A stretch of 64,000 nucleotides of DNA from Pirellulales bacterium (GCA_033762255.1 JANRLT010000053.1:4803-68802); one strand, 5' to 3'. Positions 1 to 10,436 are shown, counted from the first letter of the stretch. Notes: generated by a model not told the origin, from the letters alone. Program-made: numbers and translations.

Positions 1-513
1 TGCCCCACCATGACGGACACGCATGGTTTAAAGTGTCCCGTGCCAATGACAATCAGTGCCAGCCCAAAGATGAAGATCGACATCCCCAGGTGGTTATGCG
101 CCCAATCCCCCAAGCCGGAAATGCCCAAGACCACATGCCCCAAAGCGATCAGCCCTCCTCCCAGGACCATCGAGCGATGCGTGCCGATCAGCTTATCCGC
201 AATCAACCCGCCAATGATGGGCACCAGATAGGCCAGTCCAGTGTACCAACCATACAGCGTACTCGCCTCAGCCTCGCTCCAACCCCTACCGGGATTAATC
301 AAGCCGGAGGCATCGGGAACCATCTCTGTGCTGCGCTTCAGATACAGGACTAGCAACCCCCGCATCCCATAGTACGAAAACCGCTCCCACATCTCGACGA
401 CAAACAGCACGAACAGGCCCATTGGATGACCCAGGAACGTACCCGATTGTGCGGGTGCCAGAGGAGTCGCTTGTGGGCTTTGATAAGGATTGCTGGGTGG
501 CATGCGGCGACAA
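1..513 (-). CDS. POT/PTR2-family peptide:proton symporter, N-terminal part only (gene runs off the left edge)
   Basis: Reverse translation from the ATG (complement of 511-513) gives MPPSNPYQSPQ...FLGHPMGLFVLFVVEMWERFSYYGMRGLLVLYL...YGWYTGLAYLVPIIGGLIADKLIGTHRSMVLGGGLIALGH...GTGHFKPCVSVMVG. EMWERFSYYGMR and GxGxFKP are POT signature motifs. It is absent from the ORF track because it has no stop in the window. Confidence 0.8.
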
Positions 514-665
514 TCTTTTAGAACGGGGGAACACAAAACTTACCAACGGGACACACGCCCCTAACCCTTCAGAATCTATCGCATTTTCTCGCTTCCGGCC
601 AGTTGCCTCTTGAAAAGAGAAGCATCATCCCCCCAAATATAGGCATTTTTAAGCCATCCGTCCTT

Positions 666-1973
666 TCAGCGAAGGGGAGCCAATGGCGAGCCGGTCCCAG
701 GAAGTTGCGTTCCAACGCCGGGCGAACGGCCCCCTTCATAGATGCTGTATTCCGCCCAGACCGGCCGATGGTCCGACACGGCCAGCGCCGCATCCTCCGC
801 CAGGCCAAATTCCGCCGCGTAATCCACCACCCCCCAGCGGCGGGTGTATTCCTCGGTCGCGATCACCGAATACACCAGATTATCGTACGTCCGGTTCCCC
901 CGGGTGTTGGTCGGCACGCCCACGACCACCGGCGCATAACCGGGGACGCGTCCCAGCTCGCCCAGTTGCTTTTCGCTGGCGTTCAGATCGCCCAGCAGGA
1001 TCACGTCGTCCTCGTTGCGGCCATCATTGCGCACCGCCTGCACCACCTGCGCGAGCGCGTTGACCTCTTGGGCCACTTCGTCCGGATCGGTGTGAATGTT
1101 AATCAGGGTAAAGGTAAACGCCAGTTGGGGGGGGGCGTTTCGCGCGCGAAAGCAACAGACCAGCGGTTCGCGGTGGAGTAAATCTTGCGGATCATTCACC
1201 GTGTAACTGGCGGCGCGGTCGATCTCCACCGTGGCCGTGTCAAAAATGAAGACATATTGTTCCTTGCTATTGGTCCGCCCCAACCGAGGGCCAATGACAT
1301 AATCATAGGCGCGTCCTGCGGCATTCACCTCTTGCAGCAAGCGCGGAATGATCTCATCCGAGACGGAGCGCACCTCCTGGACCGCTACCACATCGAACCG
1401 CCGCAAGATTTCCGCCAGCACTCGCGTGATCGCGGGATTAGAAACTTTTTTTTCGCCTAGGACCTGAATATTAAACGAAGCGATCTTTAGTTTATCGCTA
1501 AAGCCGGGACCATAAGCCGGTTGAACGGCAGTACCGCCTGGCTGGGGCCAACCTGGTTGCGCGGCGGTTGGTTGATAGGGCGGAGGATAGTTGGGAAGCG
1601 GTTGGTTCTGCGAGTAAGCGTTATTGGGTTGCCCCGCGCCGGTCCAGTTGGGGAACATGGCGGGATTGGCGGGCGCCGCCTGACCCGTGGGATACTGAGC
1701 TTGTGGCAAATTGACCGGTACGGCGGCGGGGTTGCCCGAAGGCGGATAAAGCCCCCCATCCGTTGGACCGCCAGAGCCATAAGTTTGCGGGGATCCCGGC
1801 GGACTTCCGGGAAGATGGACACCGGTTGTGTTTTCCGCGGGGAGCGGAATATTTAACTTCTTATAAATGTCGTGCTTATACTTTTGCACGGCTTGCCAGC
1901 CGACAATCGCCACCACCGCGACCAGCAAATACGCCAGGGTTTTTTGCATCCACCCCTCCTTGGGCGACGCCAT
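666..1973 (-). CDS. Endonuclease/exonuclease/phosphatase (DNase I-like, EEP) family protein with an N-terminal TM anchor and a Pro/Gly/Tyr-rich linker
   Basis: 435-aa ORF. It has an N-terminal hydrophobic helix (LAYLLVAVVAIVGW) and a long P/G/Q/Y-rich spacer, followed by KIASFNIQVLGEKK, FDVVAVQEVR, ILLGDLNA and SDHRPVWAEY, which are typical EEP catalytic blocks. Confidence 0.8.
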   Translation of the reverse strand: MASPKEGWMQKTLAYLLVAVVAIVGWQAVQKYKHDIYKKLNIPLPAENTTGVHLPGSPPGSPQTYGSGGPTDGGLYPPSGNPAAVPVNLPQAQYPTGQAAPANPAMFPNWTGAGQPNNAYSQNQPLPNYPPPYQPTAAQPGWPQPGGTAVQPAYGPGFSDKLKIASFNIQVLGEKKVSNPAITRVLAEILRRFDVVAVQEVRSVSDEIIPRLLQEVNAAGRAYDYVIGPRLGRTNSKEQYVFIFDTATVEIDRAASYTVNDPQDLLHREPLVCCFRARNAPPQLAFTFTLINIHTDPDEVAQEVNALAQVVQAVRNDGRNEDDVILLGDLNASEKQLGELGRVPGYAPVVVGVPTNTRGNRTYDNLVYSVIATEEYTRRWGVVDYAAEFGLAEDAALAVSDHRPVWAEYSIYEGGRSPGVGTQLPGTGSPLAPLR

Positions 1974-2269
1974 ACAGCCAAAAGATAGCGCGCAAGATCA
2001 ACCATGAATAAATATTGCCGCCGCGCGGGGGACCGCGCAAACCGCAAAAGCTGGTTAAGAATAGCGATCCCCAATTGCCAACACTAGAGCGACTGGCGGG
2101 TTAAAAATTGCAAATCAAGAACTGTATATTTTTGCAAGGTAAATATATGCTAGCTGCTAGCAAAAGTACTGTAAATTTATACCTTTAAGCTGTTTAAATA
2201 TATACATTAAAGCTACTGCTAGCATGATTATGCTTTTTCAATTCATAATTCTAAATTTCTAATTCTTAA

Positions 2270-2785
2270 TTAATCAACCCTCCCCGCTTCCCGTACTAAA
2301 TGGCCCAGTTCGGGGAGGATCACTTGTTCCAGGGCTAGTTTTACCGCATGGGGGGAACCGGGCATCGTCAAGACGACCGTGCGGTCCGCCAAACCTCCCA
2401 CCGCCCGGCTAAGCATGGCCGCCGCGCCAATCTGGGCGTAACTCAACTGGCGAAAGAGCTCCCCATAGCCAGGTAATTCCTTGGTCAATAAATCCCGCAC
2501 GGTTTCGTACGTCTGGTCGCGTGGCGAAATGCCCGTCCCGCCGGTAATTAGAATCGCGGCAATGGCTGGATTGGCAATCCATGCCTCTAGCAGTGGCCGC
2601 ATGGCGGTGGGTTCATCCTGCACAAGTTGCCGCTCCACCACCACATGTCCCGCGGCAGTCAAGAGTTCAACCAGTAGACCCCCGCCACGATCCGTCTCCA
2701 ACGTGCGGGTGTCGCTGACGGTCAAAACAGCGCAGGGAACGGACTGCGGTGCGGCGGCGCGGTGCTGGTCAACAGTGGCGGACAT
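2270..2785 (-). CDS. moaB: Molybdenum cofactor biosynthesis protein B (MoaB/MogA family)
   Basis: Motifs CAVLTVSDTRTLETDRGG, ILITGGTGISPRDQTYE and MPGSPHAV. The track ORF extends to 2854, but those extra 23 codons translate a heptamer repeat (GKWKVESGKK), so ATG 2785 (MSATVDQ) is preferred. Confidence 0.75.
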   Translation of the reverse strand: MSATVDQHRAAAPQSVPCAVLTVSDTRTLETDRGGGLLVELLTAAGHVVVERQLVQDEPTAMRPLLEAWIANPAIAAILITGGTGISPRDQTYETVRDLLTKELPGYGELFRQLSYAQIGAAAMLSRAVGGLADRTVVLTMPGSPHAVKLALEQVILPELGHLVREAGRVD

Positions 2786-2822
2786 AAAATTCCCAAATTG
2801 TAAACCCTGCACCCGCTTCTTT

Positions 2823-2906
2823 CCACTTTCCACTTTCCACTTTCCACCCTCCACTCTCTACCCTCCACTCTCTACCCTCCACTACCCACTACCCACTACC
2901 CACCAT
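2823..2906. repeat. Heptamer microsatellite block (CCACTTT x3, CCACTCTCTACCCT x2, CCACTAC x3)
   Basis: Read directly from the sequence. It spans the stop of the 2896-4167 gene and the moaB 5' region. Confidence 0.9.
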
Positions 2907-4167
2907 CCCCTCCTCCCCGCAGTTCCCCGCGCGGCTCGATCACCAGTAGCAAATCCACCCGTGCGGGACCCGTGGGGATTAACTGCTGCAGCGGCCCGGC
3001 CTCGACGGGCAGGGGGTTGGGGACCACGCCCAAGCCGACGATCAGGACTTGATCCGCGTTCCAGCGGAAGCGCTCATGCAGTTGTGCCTCGCACGTTTGG
3101 GGCACTTCCAGGCGGGCGGAGATCCCCCCGCCGTTTAGCGTGGGGATTTCCAGCGGTAGGGCGTGCATTTTTTCGATTTGTTGAATTTCGCAGCGGACGA
3201 CCGCGTCCACGGTTTTACCATCCAGCGACAAAAGCGGCGTTACTTCTAATAAAAATCCCTCTTCCAACTTTCCTTGCACGGGAAGCATTCCAAACTGCCC
3301 GTTTAAGCCCGCTTGATAGCCAGTAATAAAACTGCGCGGCCGCTGCACCCGCGTGGCCAAGGGACGCCCGCTGGTGGTGAGCAAATGCGGGGGCGTGTGC
3401 TCGCGATAATCGGTACGTTGGCGGGCCTGCGCAACCAAGAGCGCGGCGTCTTCCTTCGCCACCACCCAGGCCTGGATTCCCGGCGAATCCGTGGCCAGGG
3501 GCCGGAGCAGGGTCCCCCCCTTGGCCCTCCAGGCGGGGCTATCCACCGACACCAGCCGCATCCCAAACGATTCCTTTGGCTTTACCGGATGCACAAACCG
3601 GTCCACGATTTCGTTCACTTGGGTTTGAATCGCCGGTGTGTGATACACCCGCAGCGTGCCGGCATCCGCGTTCAAAATACTCAGCACATCGCCATGCCAG
3701 GCCTCGTACCCGGTCTCGCGGAGGATCCATTCCACAATCGCCCGCTCCGGGTGGGGGACCGTGGCTAGCCGTTCGGTATAGGGTTTGATATTGTATTCCC
3801 GCCAGACCTGCCCCTGGGCGTTGGGCAGGGAGCCATCGCCAGCGCTGACCTGCGTCAGGGATTGCCGGGGAGCCGAGGAAAGCGTCTGCAAAGGTGCGGG
3901 GGCAACAGAATTGGAACCAGCGGAATCACGCAAGGGAGCGGGCGCCAAAGCGGAAGACATGGGCGTGCCGACATTGGCCGCTAAGGGGGCGGGTTGCGGG
4001 CTGGACGCGGAATTGGATGGCAACGGCGCGGGCTGGCGCGGGGGAGCTGGCGCAAGGGGGGACTGCGCGAACCCTGGACCTGCCAAACCCAGTGAACAGA
4101 CCGTTGCCACGAGCCACGGATAAACAACGAACCCAGTCGGGCAAAGGGAAATTGTTCCTCGATCCAT
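2896..4167 (-). CDS. Secreted hypothetical protein with a Pro/Ala-rich N-terminal region; the C-terminal half is weakly secretin-domain-like
   Basis: A signal-like N-terminus follows MDRGTISL (VVYPWLVATVCSLGLAGPGFAQ). The C-terminal blocks LLEVTPLLSLDGKTVDAVVRCEIQQIE, DQVLIVGLGVVPNP and RVDLLLVIEPR resemble the end of T2SS/T3SS secretin domains. The track ORF starts at 4266, so the start is uncertain. Confidence 0.5.
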   Translation of the reverse strand: MDRGTISLCPTGFVVYPWLVATVCSLGLAGPGFAQSPLAPAPPRQPAPLPSNSASSPQPAPLAANVGTPMSSALAPAPLRDSAGSNSVAPAPLQTLSSAPRQSLTQVSAGDGSLPNAQGQVWREYNIKPYTERLATVPHPERAIVEWILRETGYEAWHGDVLSILNADAGTLRVYHTPAIQTQVNEIVDRFVHPVKPKESFGMRLVSVDSPAWRAKGGTLLRPLATDSPGIQAWVVAKEDAALLVAQARQRTDYREHTPPHLLTTSGRPLATRVQRPRSFITGYQAGLNGQFGMLPVQGKLEEGFLLEVTPLLSLDGKTVDAVVRCEIQQIEKMHALPLEIPTLNGGGISARLEVPQTCEAQLHERFRWNADQVLIVGLGVVPNPLPVEAGPLQQLIPTGPARVDLLLVIEPRGELRGGGDGG

Positions 4168-4335
4168 GCCCACACCTGAAACGAAAGGGGGAAATCGAAT
4201 TGCGACTCGCACTCCGCGTAAGGGAGAGCGGGGGGAGATCTTACACTTTCGCCAAGTGGCCAACAACGGCAGTGGGTGCTAGCATGATGAGAGAAGTGGA
4301 AGCAAGTCCAGTTTGGCGCAACCCGCATTCAATGA

Positions 4336-6363
4336 TTGCAGTTAATCATGCTCAGTCAAGTATTTAAATACAGCGCGATTTTCCTGTTGTCGCTCTGTTG
4401 TTCGTTGCCTGCCATGCGGGGAGAACTTTTTTGGGATGATGTCCCGTTAATCCGCGAAAATCCAGTCTTGCGCGATACGGCGGGACTGGCAAATATCTGG
4501 TTGGGGCGGGAAACGGTTGATTATTTTCCACTGACTTATACCGTGTGGTGGGTGTGCTATCAAATTTGGGGAGACTGGCCGATAGGTTACCACCTGTTTA
4601 ATGGCCTGCTCTATGCCTTCGCTTGCTGTCTGATTTATCGCGGCCTAGTGTGCTGGAAAGGTACCCAACCTTGGTTTTTTGCCGCTTATTTTGCGGCGCA
4701 TCCCCTGAATGTCGCCTCCGTGGCCTGGATCAGTGAAGGGAAAAATTGCGTCGCGTTGGTCTTATATATCTCGGCCTTAAACCAGTTGGCACGGGCCACC
4801 GGAACTTCCGGCCAAGCACGTTGGTGGTGGGCGGGTGTTTTGGCTGCTTTAGCGATGCTGGCCAAACCCTCCGCGGTAATGCTGCCCGTCGTGGGTTGGT
4901 TGCTCTGCGCCTGGAATGGCCTGGGACGCGACCGCCGCGTGCTGATTTGGACTGGTGGTTTAACGGCCTTTGCCTTGGTGGTCGCCTGGCTTACCATTCG
5001 CACCCAGGCGGATGAAAACTTTGCCCTCATCACCAGCGGCCCTGTCGAACGTGGGCAACGCGTCGGTTGGATCGCTTGGTGGTATCTGGGGAGGATGCTT
5101 GTTCCATTCTATCAACCACTGTTGGAAGAGCGCTGGGCCTTGGATTCCACCGACCCCGTAAATTGGCTTCCCTTGGCGGCGTGGCTTGGGTTGGTTATCG
5201 CATTATCGTTTTTTTGGCGATCGAATGCTTGGAGTCGCGCGCTGCTTTTATCCCTCACACTGATGCTAGTTAGCCTGTTTCCAGTATTGGGACTATTTGA
5301 TATGCGATTTCAGCAGTACGCTCATGTCGCCGACCATTTGGGGCAATTGGGTTTGGTGGGGCTGGTGATTGGCTTGTCAGTCGGGTCCAAGGCGATTCTG
5401 AATTCCGTTACCGCCAAACTCCCCCGACTACTCTGGGCAGAATTATTTTTTAAGGGATTGCAGGCGTTTGCACTGGTGATACTAGCGAGCACATCCTGGC
5501 ACCGAGCTGGCCTCTATGCCACGGAAGAACGCTTTTGGTCCGCCGCCGTTGCCCAGAATCCTTTGCAGGGACTGGCGCATTTTCATTTGGGCACGCTGTA
5601 TGAGCGGCAAAAGAATTACGCGCTGGCCGCTGACCATTTCGAACTCGCATTGCAGTTGGAGCCGCTGTATCCGCCAGCCGCGCTCCGCTGGGGAGTGATG
5701 CTGTATCGGACGGGGAAATTAACGGCGGCCCGGCGGGAATTGCAAAAATACACCGCCCATACACCCGAGGCGGAAGCGTATTATTTGCTGGGGGAAATTG
5801 CCGCCCAGGAGCGGGATTGGCCCACCGCGATCCAAAATTACCAGTCGAGCGCAAAACTAAAATCCGATAATGCGGGTGTGTACTTTTCCTGGGCGATTGC
5901 CGAGCGAGAACAACAGTCCTGGCAGCAAGCGCGGGATTTGCTGCAAAAATCGCTGGAAATGGAAAAAAACGGACTAACGTATTTTGAGTTGGCGGAAGTT
6001 TACAAACGGACGGGGCGGTACGCTGAAAGCCTAAAATATTATGAACAGGCGTTAATATTACTGCCGGAACACCAAGCGGCATTAAATAATTTCGCCTGGC
6101 TACTATGCACATTACGTGATCCGGCACTGCGTGACCCCGCGCGGGCCGTGCAACTGGCGCAGCGGGGTGTGGCGGCTAGCCAGGGTCGCGATCCCAATAT
6201 ATTAGATACGTTGGCCACGGCGCATGCGGCGGCGGGAGACTGGAATTCCGCGCTTGCCACATGGGCGAGAGCGATTGCATTGTGCGAAGGACCGGAGTTA
6301 GCGCCGCTACGGATGGAGCTAGAGGCGAAACAGCGGGAGTGGTCTCAGCAAAAGCGGGAATAA
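4336..6363 (+). CDS. Polytopic membrane protein with C-terminal TPR repeats (GT-C/PMT-ArnT-like N-terminal domain)
   Basis: 675 aa, with about 10 hydrophobic segments in the first 400 aa. Repeated TPR-like units follow (HFHLGTLYERQKNYALAADHFELALQLEP, AYYLLGEIAAQERDWPTAIQNYQSSAKL, YFELAEVYKRTGRYAESLKYYEQALILLP). Confidence 0.7.
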   Translation: MQLIMLSQVFKYSAIFLLSLCCSLPAMRGELFWDDVPLIRENPVLRDTAGLANIWLGRETVDYFPLTYTVWWVCYQIWGDWPIGYHLFNGLLYAFACCLIYRGLVCWKGTQPWFFAAYFAAHPLNVASVAWISEGKNCVALVLYISALNQLARATGTSGQARWWWAGVLAALAMLAKPSAVMLPVVGWLLCAWNGLGRDRRVLIWTGGLTAFALVVAWLTIRTQADENFALITSGPVERGQRVGWIAWWYLGRMLVPFYQPLLEERWALDSTDPVNWLPLAAWLGLVIALSFFWRSNAWSRALLLSLTLMLVSLFPVLGLFDMRFQQYAHVADHLGQLGLVGLVIGLSVGSKAILNSVTAKLPRLLWAELFFKGLQAFALVILASTSWHRAGLYATEERFWSAAVAQNPLQGLAHFHLGTLYERQKNYALAADHFELALQLEPLYPPAALRWGVMLYRTGKLTAARRELQKYTAHTPEAEAYYLLGEIAAQERDWPTAIQNYQSSAKLKSDNAGVYFSWAIAEREQQSWQQARDLLQKSLEMEKNGLTYFELAEVYKRTGRYAESLKYYEQALILLPEHQAALNNFAWLLCTLRDPALRDPARAVQLAQRGVAASQGRDPNILDTLATAHAAAGDWNSALATWARAIALCEGPELAPLRMELEAKQREWSQQKRE

Positions 6364-7865
6364 CGCCAGCGGCGAAAAGCGGCGACCGCCACGAGTCCGA
6401 TGACACCGACAATGGCGCTAGGCTCTGGTATGGCCAGAATGTCGGAGTAAAGGAGGCCGTCGGTGCCGTCGGTGAAGGCAGCATAAAAATACGTCCGATT
6501 ATTTTCGTCGATGCGCGCCAAGATATCGGGATTGATAAATGAGATTGTTCTCGATGTGCCATCCGGCAAATCCACCACATCCCCAGGTTTGGCTATCGTA
6601 TGAAAGCTGCCATCGTTCAATCTGGCGACGAGTAGACCAAGATTTAGGTTTGCGGGATCATAAGTATAGCGAAATAGCACGTCTTGATCGTTGCTGATCG
6701 TAACGCCCCTGTGACTGATATACTTTTGGGTATGTTGCTCAAAGCCGGGCAGCGTAAAAGTGTGATCAAAGAGCTTTATGGTTGAACCATTTGCGTCTAA
6801 CTTGTAGAAATAATATTCCCCTGAAATGTGATTGTTCGTAGGTTGATAGGCGGCAAAAAAGTTTTCGCCTCCAGCTTGATATGGATTGATTGTGTAATTT
6901 AATAGTTGTTTGGCGGGATCATCAGGCAATGTGGAAAAAGAGTAAATATCCCTATTTGTGTTGCTATTTAAATCATATTCTTCTCCGATGATCGTGCTTA
7001 TACTATCATCACGTCGAAAGATACTTTGGATTTTCGAATTAGCGATCGTACGTGGATACAGTATAGATTCAGACGTGCCGAAAGGGCGAGTTTTCAACAA
7101 ATGAATTGTATTGCTCAGGTCATTACGATACCACAAGCTAAATGTACTTGTGTTAAATGAAGTAGACACAGCAATATACTCGTGGTTCGATAGCATTTGA
7201 GAAAATGTCGCGGAATCAGTCTGAATCGCAGGATTATTTGTGTCAGTCAGTGGAAAAGAACTTGCAAATGTTTTTACCAAGGTGCCATCAGGATCTGCAA
7301 ATCGCATTCTTTGTGATCCCGTGAGAAACTCGCGAAGAACTACCCAGTTTCTCTCAAATCGAGCATTTGAAATCCCGTTTACTATAGCATTATTTGGGGT
7401 CCCAGGGGCTGGATCGCCAATCTCTTGAAAAGTACGGAAATTCCCCGGTGTGCCAATGGTTAATTTGTTCTCCGCAAAGAAAATACTGGTTTCTTGAGTC
7501 GGATGCAAATGATACGAATTGGTGTTAGTAAAATATTGCGTGGTCACTAAGTCGATTTTGGAACCATCAGTAATATAGTAAAGGTCTAGAGGTTCTTGTG
7601 CTATAGATTGATTATTTTTATAGCCCAGTAAGAGAATTCCTTTCGACGAAAATACTATTCCTTGTGAACCAAATGAAGGGTGAGTGAACACCACCCCCGG
7701 AGTCCGGCCCGGTACCTGCATGCCGGTGTAGATTATGGGTTTGATCTCGCCGGCGGGACAGACTGTGGTACCTAAAATAATTAGAATTAACCAACTTGGA
7801 GTCATTGCCAAGCAGGTTCCAAGAATGGAGCTGCAAAGTCTGAGGTATGTGTTATGATCAAGCAT
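6345..7865 (-). CDS. PEP-CTERM sorting-domain secreted protein (paralogue A)
   Basis: 506 aa with a signal peptide. The C-terminus is FTDGTDGLLYSDILAIPEPSAIVGVIGLVAVAAFRRWR, i.e. a PEP motif plus TM helix plus basic tail. It is visibly more AT-rich than its neighbours. Confidence 0.7.
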   Translation of the reverse strand: MLDHNTYLRLCSSILGTCLAMTPSWLILIILGTTVCPAGEIKPIIYTGMQVPGRTPGVVFTHPSFGSQGIVFSSKGILLLGYKNNQSIAQEPLDLYYITDGSKIDLVTTQYFTNTNSYHLHPTQETSIFFAENKLTIGTPGNFRTFQEIGDPAPGTPNNAIVNGISNARFERNWVVLREFLTGSQRMRFADPDGTLVKTFASSFPLTDTNNPAIQTDSATFSQMLSNHEYIAVSTSFNTSTFSLWYRNDLSNTIHLLKTRPFGTSESILYPRTIANSKIQSIFRRDDSISTIIGEEYDLNSNTNRDIYSFSTLPDDPAKQLLNYTINPYQAGGENFFAAYQPTNNHISGEYYFYKLDANGSTIKLFDHTFTLPGFEQHTQKYISHRGVTISNDQDVLFRYTYDPANLNLGLLVARLNDGSFHTIAKPGDVVDLPDGTSRTISFINPDILARIDENNRTYFYAAFTDGTDGLLYSDILAIPEPSAIVGVIGLVAVAAFRRWRYSRFC

Positions 7866-7934
7866 TTGTAGTATCCTTGTTGAATGGTAGTTTGCTTCAG
7901 GAGCTTTTACGTGGAGAATAGACTGGTTGTGTTA

Positions 7935-9488
7935 CTACCTTGCTTTTGGTTCGTCGATTTTTTTACGACGACAGCGAAAGAACACCCAACCGAGAGCCAA
8001 GCTGCCTCCGATCAAGCCCAGGTGAGCAGGTTCGGGCACGGCCAAAATATCGGAGTAGAGCAGGCCGTCGGTGCCGTCGGTGAATGTGACTTGAAAGTAA
8101 GCCCGATTCCACTGATCGATGCCAATCACTTTCACATGGTTCTTAACTGTGCGACTGGTCCCATCGGGAAGATCGACGACTTCGCCGGGGTTGGAAATGG
8201 TGACGAATGTCCCGTCACGTTTTCGGGCAACGACATAGGAATTGTTGGTAGCGGGATCATTATCCGTATCGTAACTGAATAGGATATCATTTTGATCCGA
8301 TAAATGAAGATTAAAGGTATAGATATACTTAGTCGTATTTTGCTCGTGATTGGGATGCACAAAGTCATCACCAAAAATGCGGGTGAATGTTGCGTCCGAA
8401 TTAAACGTATACACAGTGGCTTTGTCACGTTGACTAAACTTGGAAAAGCTAATCCATGTTGTATCATCATAAACGCTTTTATACATACCATATTGAGTCT
8501 GGCCAATCGGGATGCTCGAATCACCGGGCCAAGTACTGGTTAGGAATACATCCGTGGGGATTCGCGTGGATGTGTCATATGTCACCGTTTGTAAATTATT
8601 AGGTGTTGTGTAGAAATAATTGATCGTCTGGTTGGTTCGCAAGGCAGTGAACGCGGCTCGACTCGTGTCACTTCCGCTAGGTAGGCTACCAATTCGATAG
8701 TTTACGCCATCCAAATGATACCAAACCGAATTTTCTACCGAATCATAGGCGGTGTATTCCGTAGCCGAGAGCAGTCGAGTTCTAGAAGCACGATTCGTGT
8801 TAAACGCCGGGTTAAATGTATCGGTTATTGAGAAGGGGAATTGCGGTAACACAGATAATGTAGTTCCGCTTATGTCAGTCACTCGTGTACGGCCACCTGG
8901 GCTAAGTGTGGTTTTTTCAAAAAGTTCTAATTGGTTTTGCGTAATAAAATTTACCGCGGAAAACTCTGTCACCAAGTCATTACTTGGCGTGCCGTTGGCC
9001 GCCACACCCACTTGCTGGATATTGTTGAATGCTCCTGGTTTGCCAACGAATAAGTTGCCTTCTTTTGCATATACGATGTTTTCACCCTGAGGCTGCGCGG
9101 CATTATAAAACTGCTTAAAGCTAAATGCCGGCACATTCAGTCCAGTAGCCCGATTGTAATAAATCATTGCGTAATTATTAACCGGATCATTTGTGTAATA
9201 ATTGCCTTGCAGCACGCCCAGACTGGAAAAATTAAAAAAGTTGGAAGTAAAATAGTATGGTGCAAACACCACCCCCGGTGCCAGACCCGGCACCTGCATG
9301 CCGGTGTAGATGATGGGCTTGATCTCGCCGGCAGTTGAATTGGTCGGCGTAAACAGGCCCAGGCAAATCAGGACCATCCCCCAGGCCAACATCCCACTTG
9401 CCAACTTGGGCCAGTGTGGCATGCGCCGAGGCAACATGCCAGAATGATGCAAGCCCAAACCGTTAATCGTAGTCAAAATCCGCCCCAT
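7935..9488 (-). CDS. PEP-CTERM sorting-domain secreted protein (paralogue B)
   Basis: 517 aa. The C-terminus is FTDGTDGLLYSDILAVPEPAHLGLIGGSLALGWVFFRCRRKK. It shares GEIKPIIYTGMQVPG..PGVVF and VVDLPDGTSRT with paralogue A. Confidence 0.7.
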   Translation of the reverse strand: MGRILTTINGLGLHHSGMLPRRMPHWPKLASGMLAWGMVLICLGLFTPTNSTAGEIKPIIYTGMQVPGLAPGVVFAPYYFTSNFFNFSSLGVLQGNYYTNDPVNNYAMIYYNRATGLNVPAFSFKQFYNAAQPQGENIVYAKEGNLFVGKPGAFNNIQQVGVAANGTPSNDLVTEFSAVNFITQNQLELFEKTTLSPGGRTRVTDISGTTLSVLPQFPFSITDTFNPAFNTNRASRTRLLSATEYTAYDSVENSVWYHLDGVNYRIGSLPSGSDTSRAAFTALRTNQTINYFYTTPNNLQTVTYDTSTRIPTDVFLTSTWPGDSSIPIGQTQYGMYKSVYDDTTWISFSKFSQRDKATVYTFNSDATFTRIFGDDFVHPNHEQNTTKYIYTFNLHLSDQNDILFSYDTDNDPATNNSYVVARKRDGTFVTISNPGEVVDLPDGTSRTVKNHVKVIGIDQWNRAYFQVTFTDGTDGLLYSDILAVPEPAHLGLIGGSLALGWVFFRCRRKKIDEPKAR

Positions 9489-10436
9489 AAATAATCCTTT
9501 GCTAAAAAAGTGCCCATGGCCATAGCAAGTCCGTACCGATTCACACCGTAGCGGGAAAACACTAACTCATCACGCCGCCAAGGAGATGTCGCTTTTACTA
9601 TAGTAAAAAGCGACGGTAGGGAACCGCAGTAGCTTGCTCGCAAAGTGAATGAGAATTGCCCCGGGAGACCGAGGTAAACGACACCCGGGTCACATGAAAT
9701 GCCGACACATAACTCTACTTAAACTAGACGGGCTTCCGACCAAATGCAATCAATATGACGGAAAATATGTGTTAGAAAATTGTTTGGCTTGTCCGGAGAG
9801 CACTTAAAAGGGGCGGTTTTCATGGTTTGGGGCAAGCCGCCGGGGTGGCACTAGCGAATTTTCCCCACATTATTCTAGCATTGCCCCATTCTTGCTGACA
9901 GCCATTTCGTTGCACCCCCACGAACAACCATAAACTTGGCCATTTTGTGAAACAGTCGTGTGCCACTGGTGGAACACCAGTGCCGAGACGGGAGTTTGAT
10001 AAATTGAAACGGACAGGAATTCAGAACAAGTCGTGAGTAAGAATTCCTAAGCTATTGGGCATCGCACACCCTGTGGCAAACACTGGCAGAATGCCAGTGG
10101 CACACTCCGTCTTTTTCATAATGGCTAAGTCTGGTGCAAGGAAATGGAACAGGTAAGCAAAGGTCAGCACTGGTTGAAAATGGAAACTTCAACGGTGCCA
10201 CCCGGCCGGTTGACTTCCAAAACACCGTCAGCGAACTGGATGAAACGAACAACTTGGCCATCGTCGAGCGCTCGGCTCTTGATGCGGTCGCCCAGTGAGC
10301 TTCGTCGAGCCCCTGATATCCACGCTTCGCCGCGACGCTCGTCGGGCCGATTGGCCAGCGGGCGTCGTGGTGTTTTTACTTTAGGCCGAATGCTTCCTGT
10401 TTTTAAGAAAGGGTCGTTTTCCAAGGAGGACAATAG

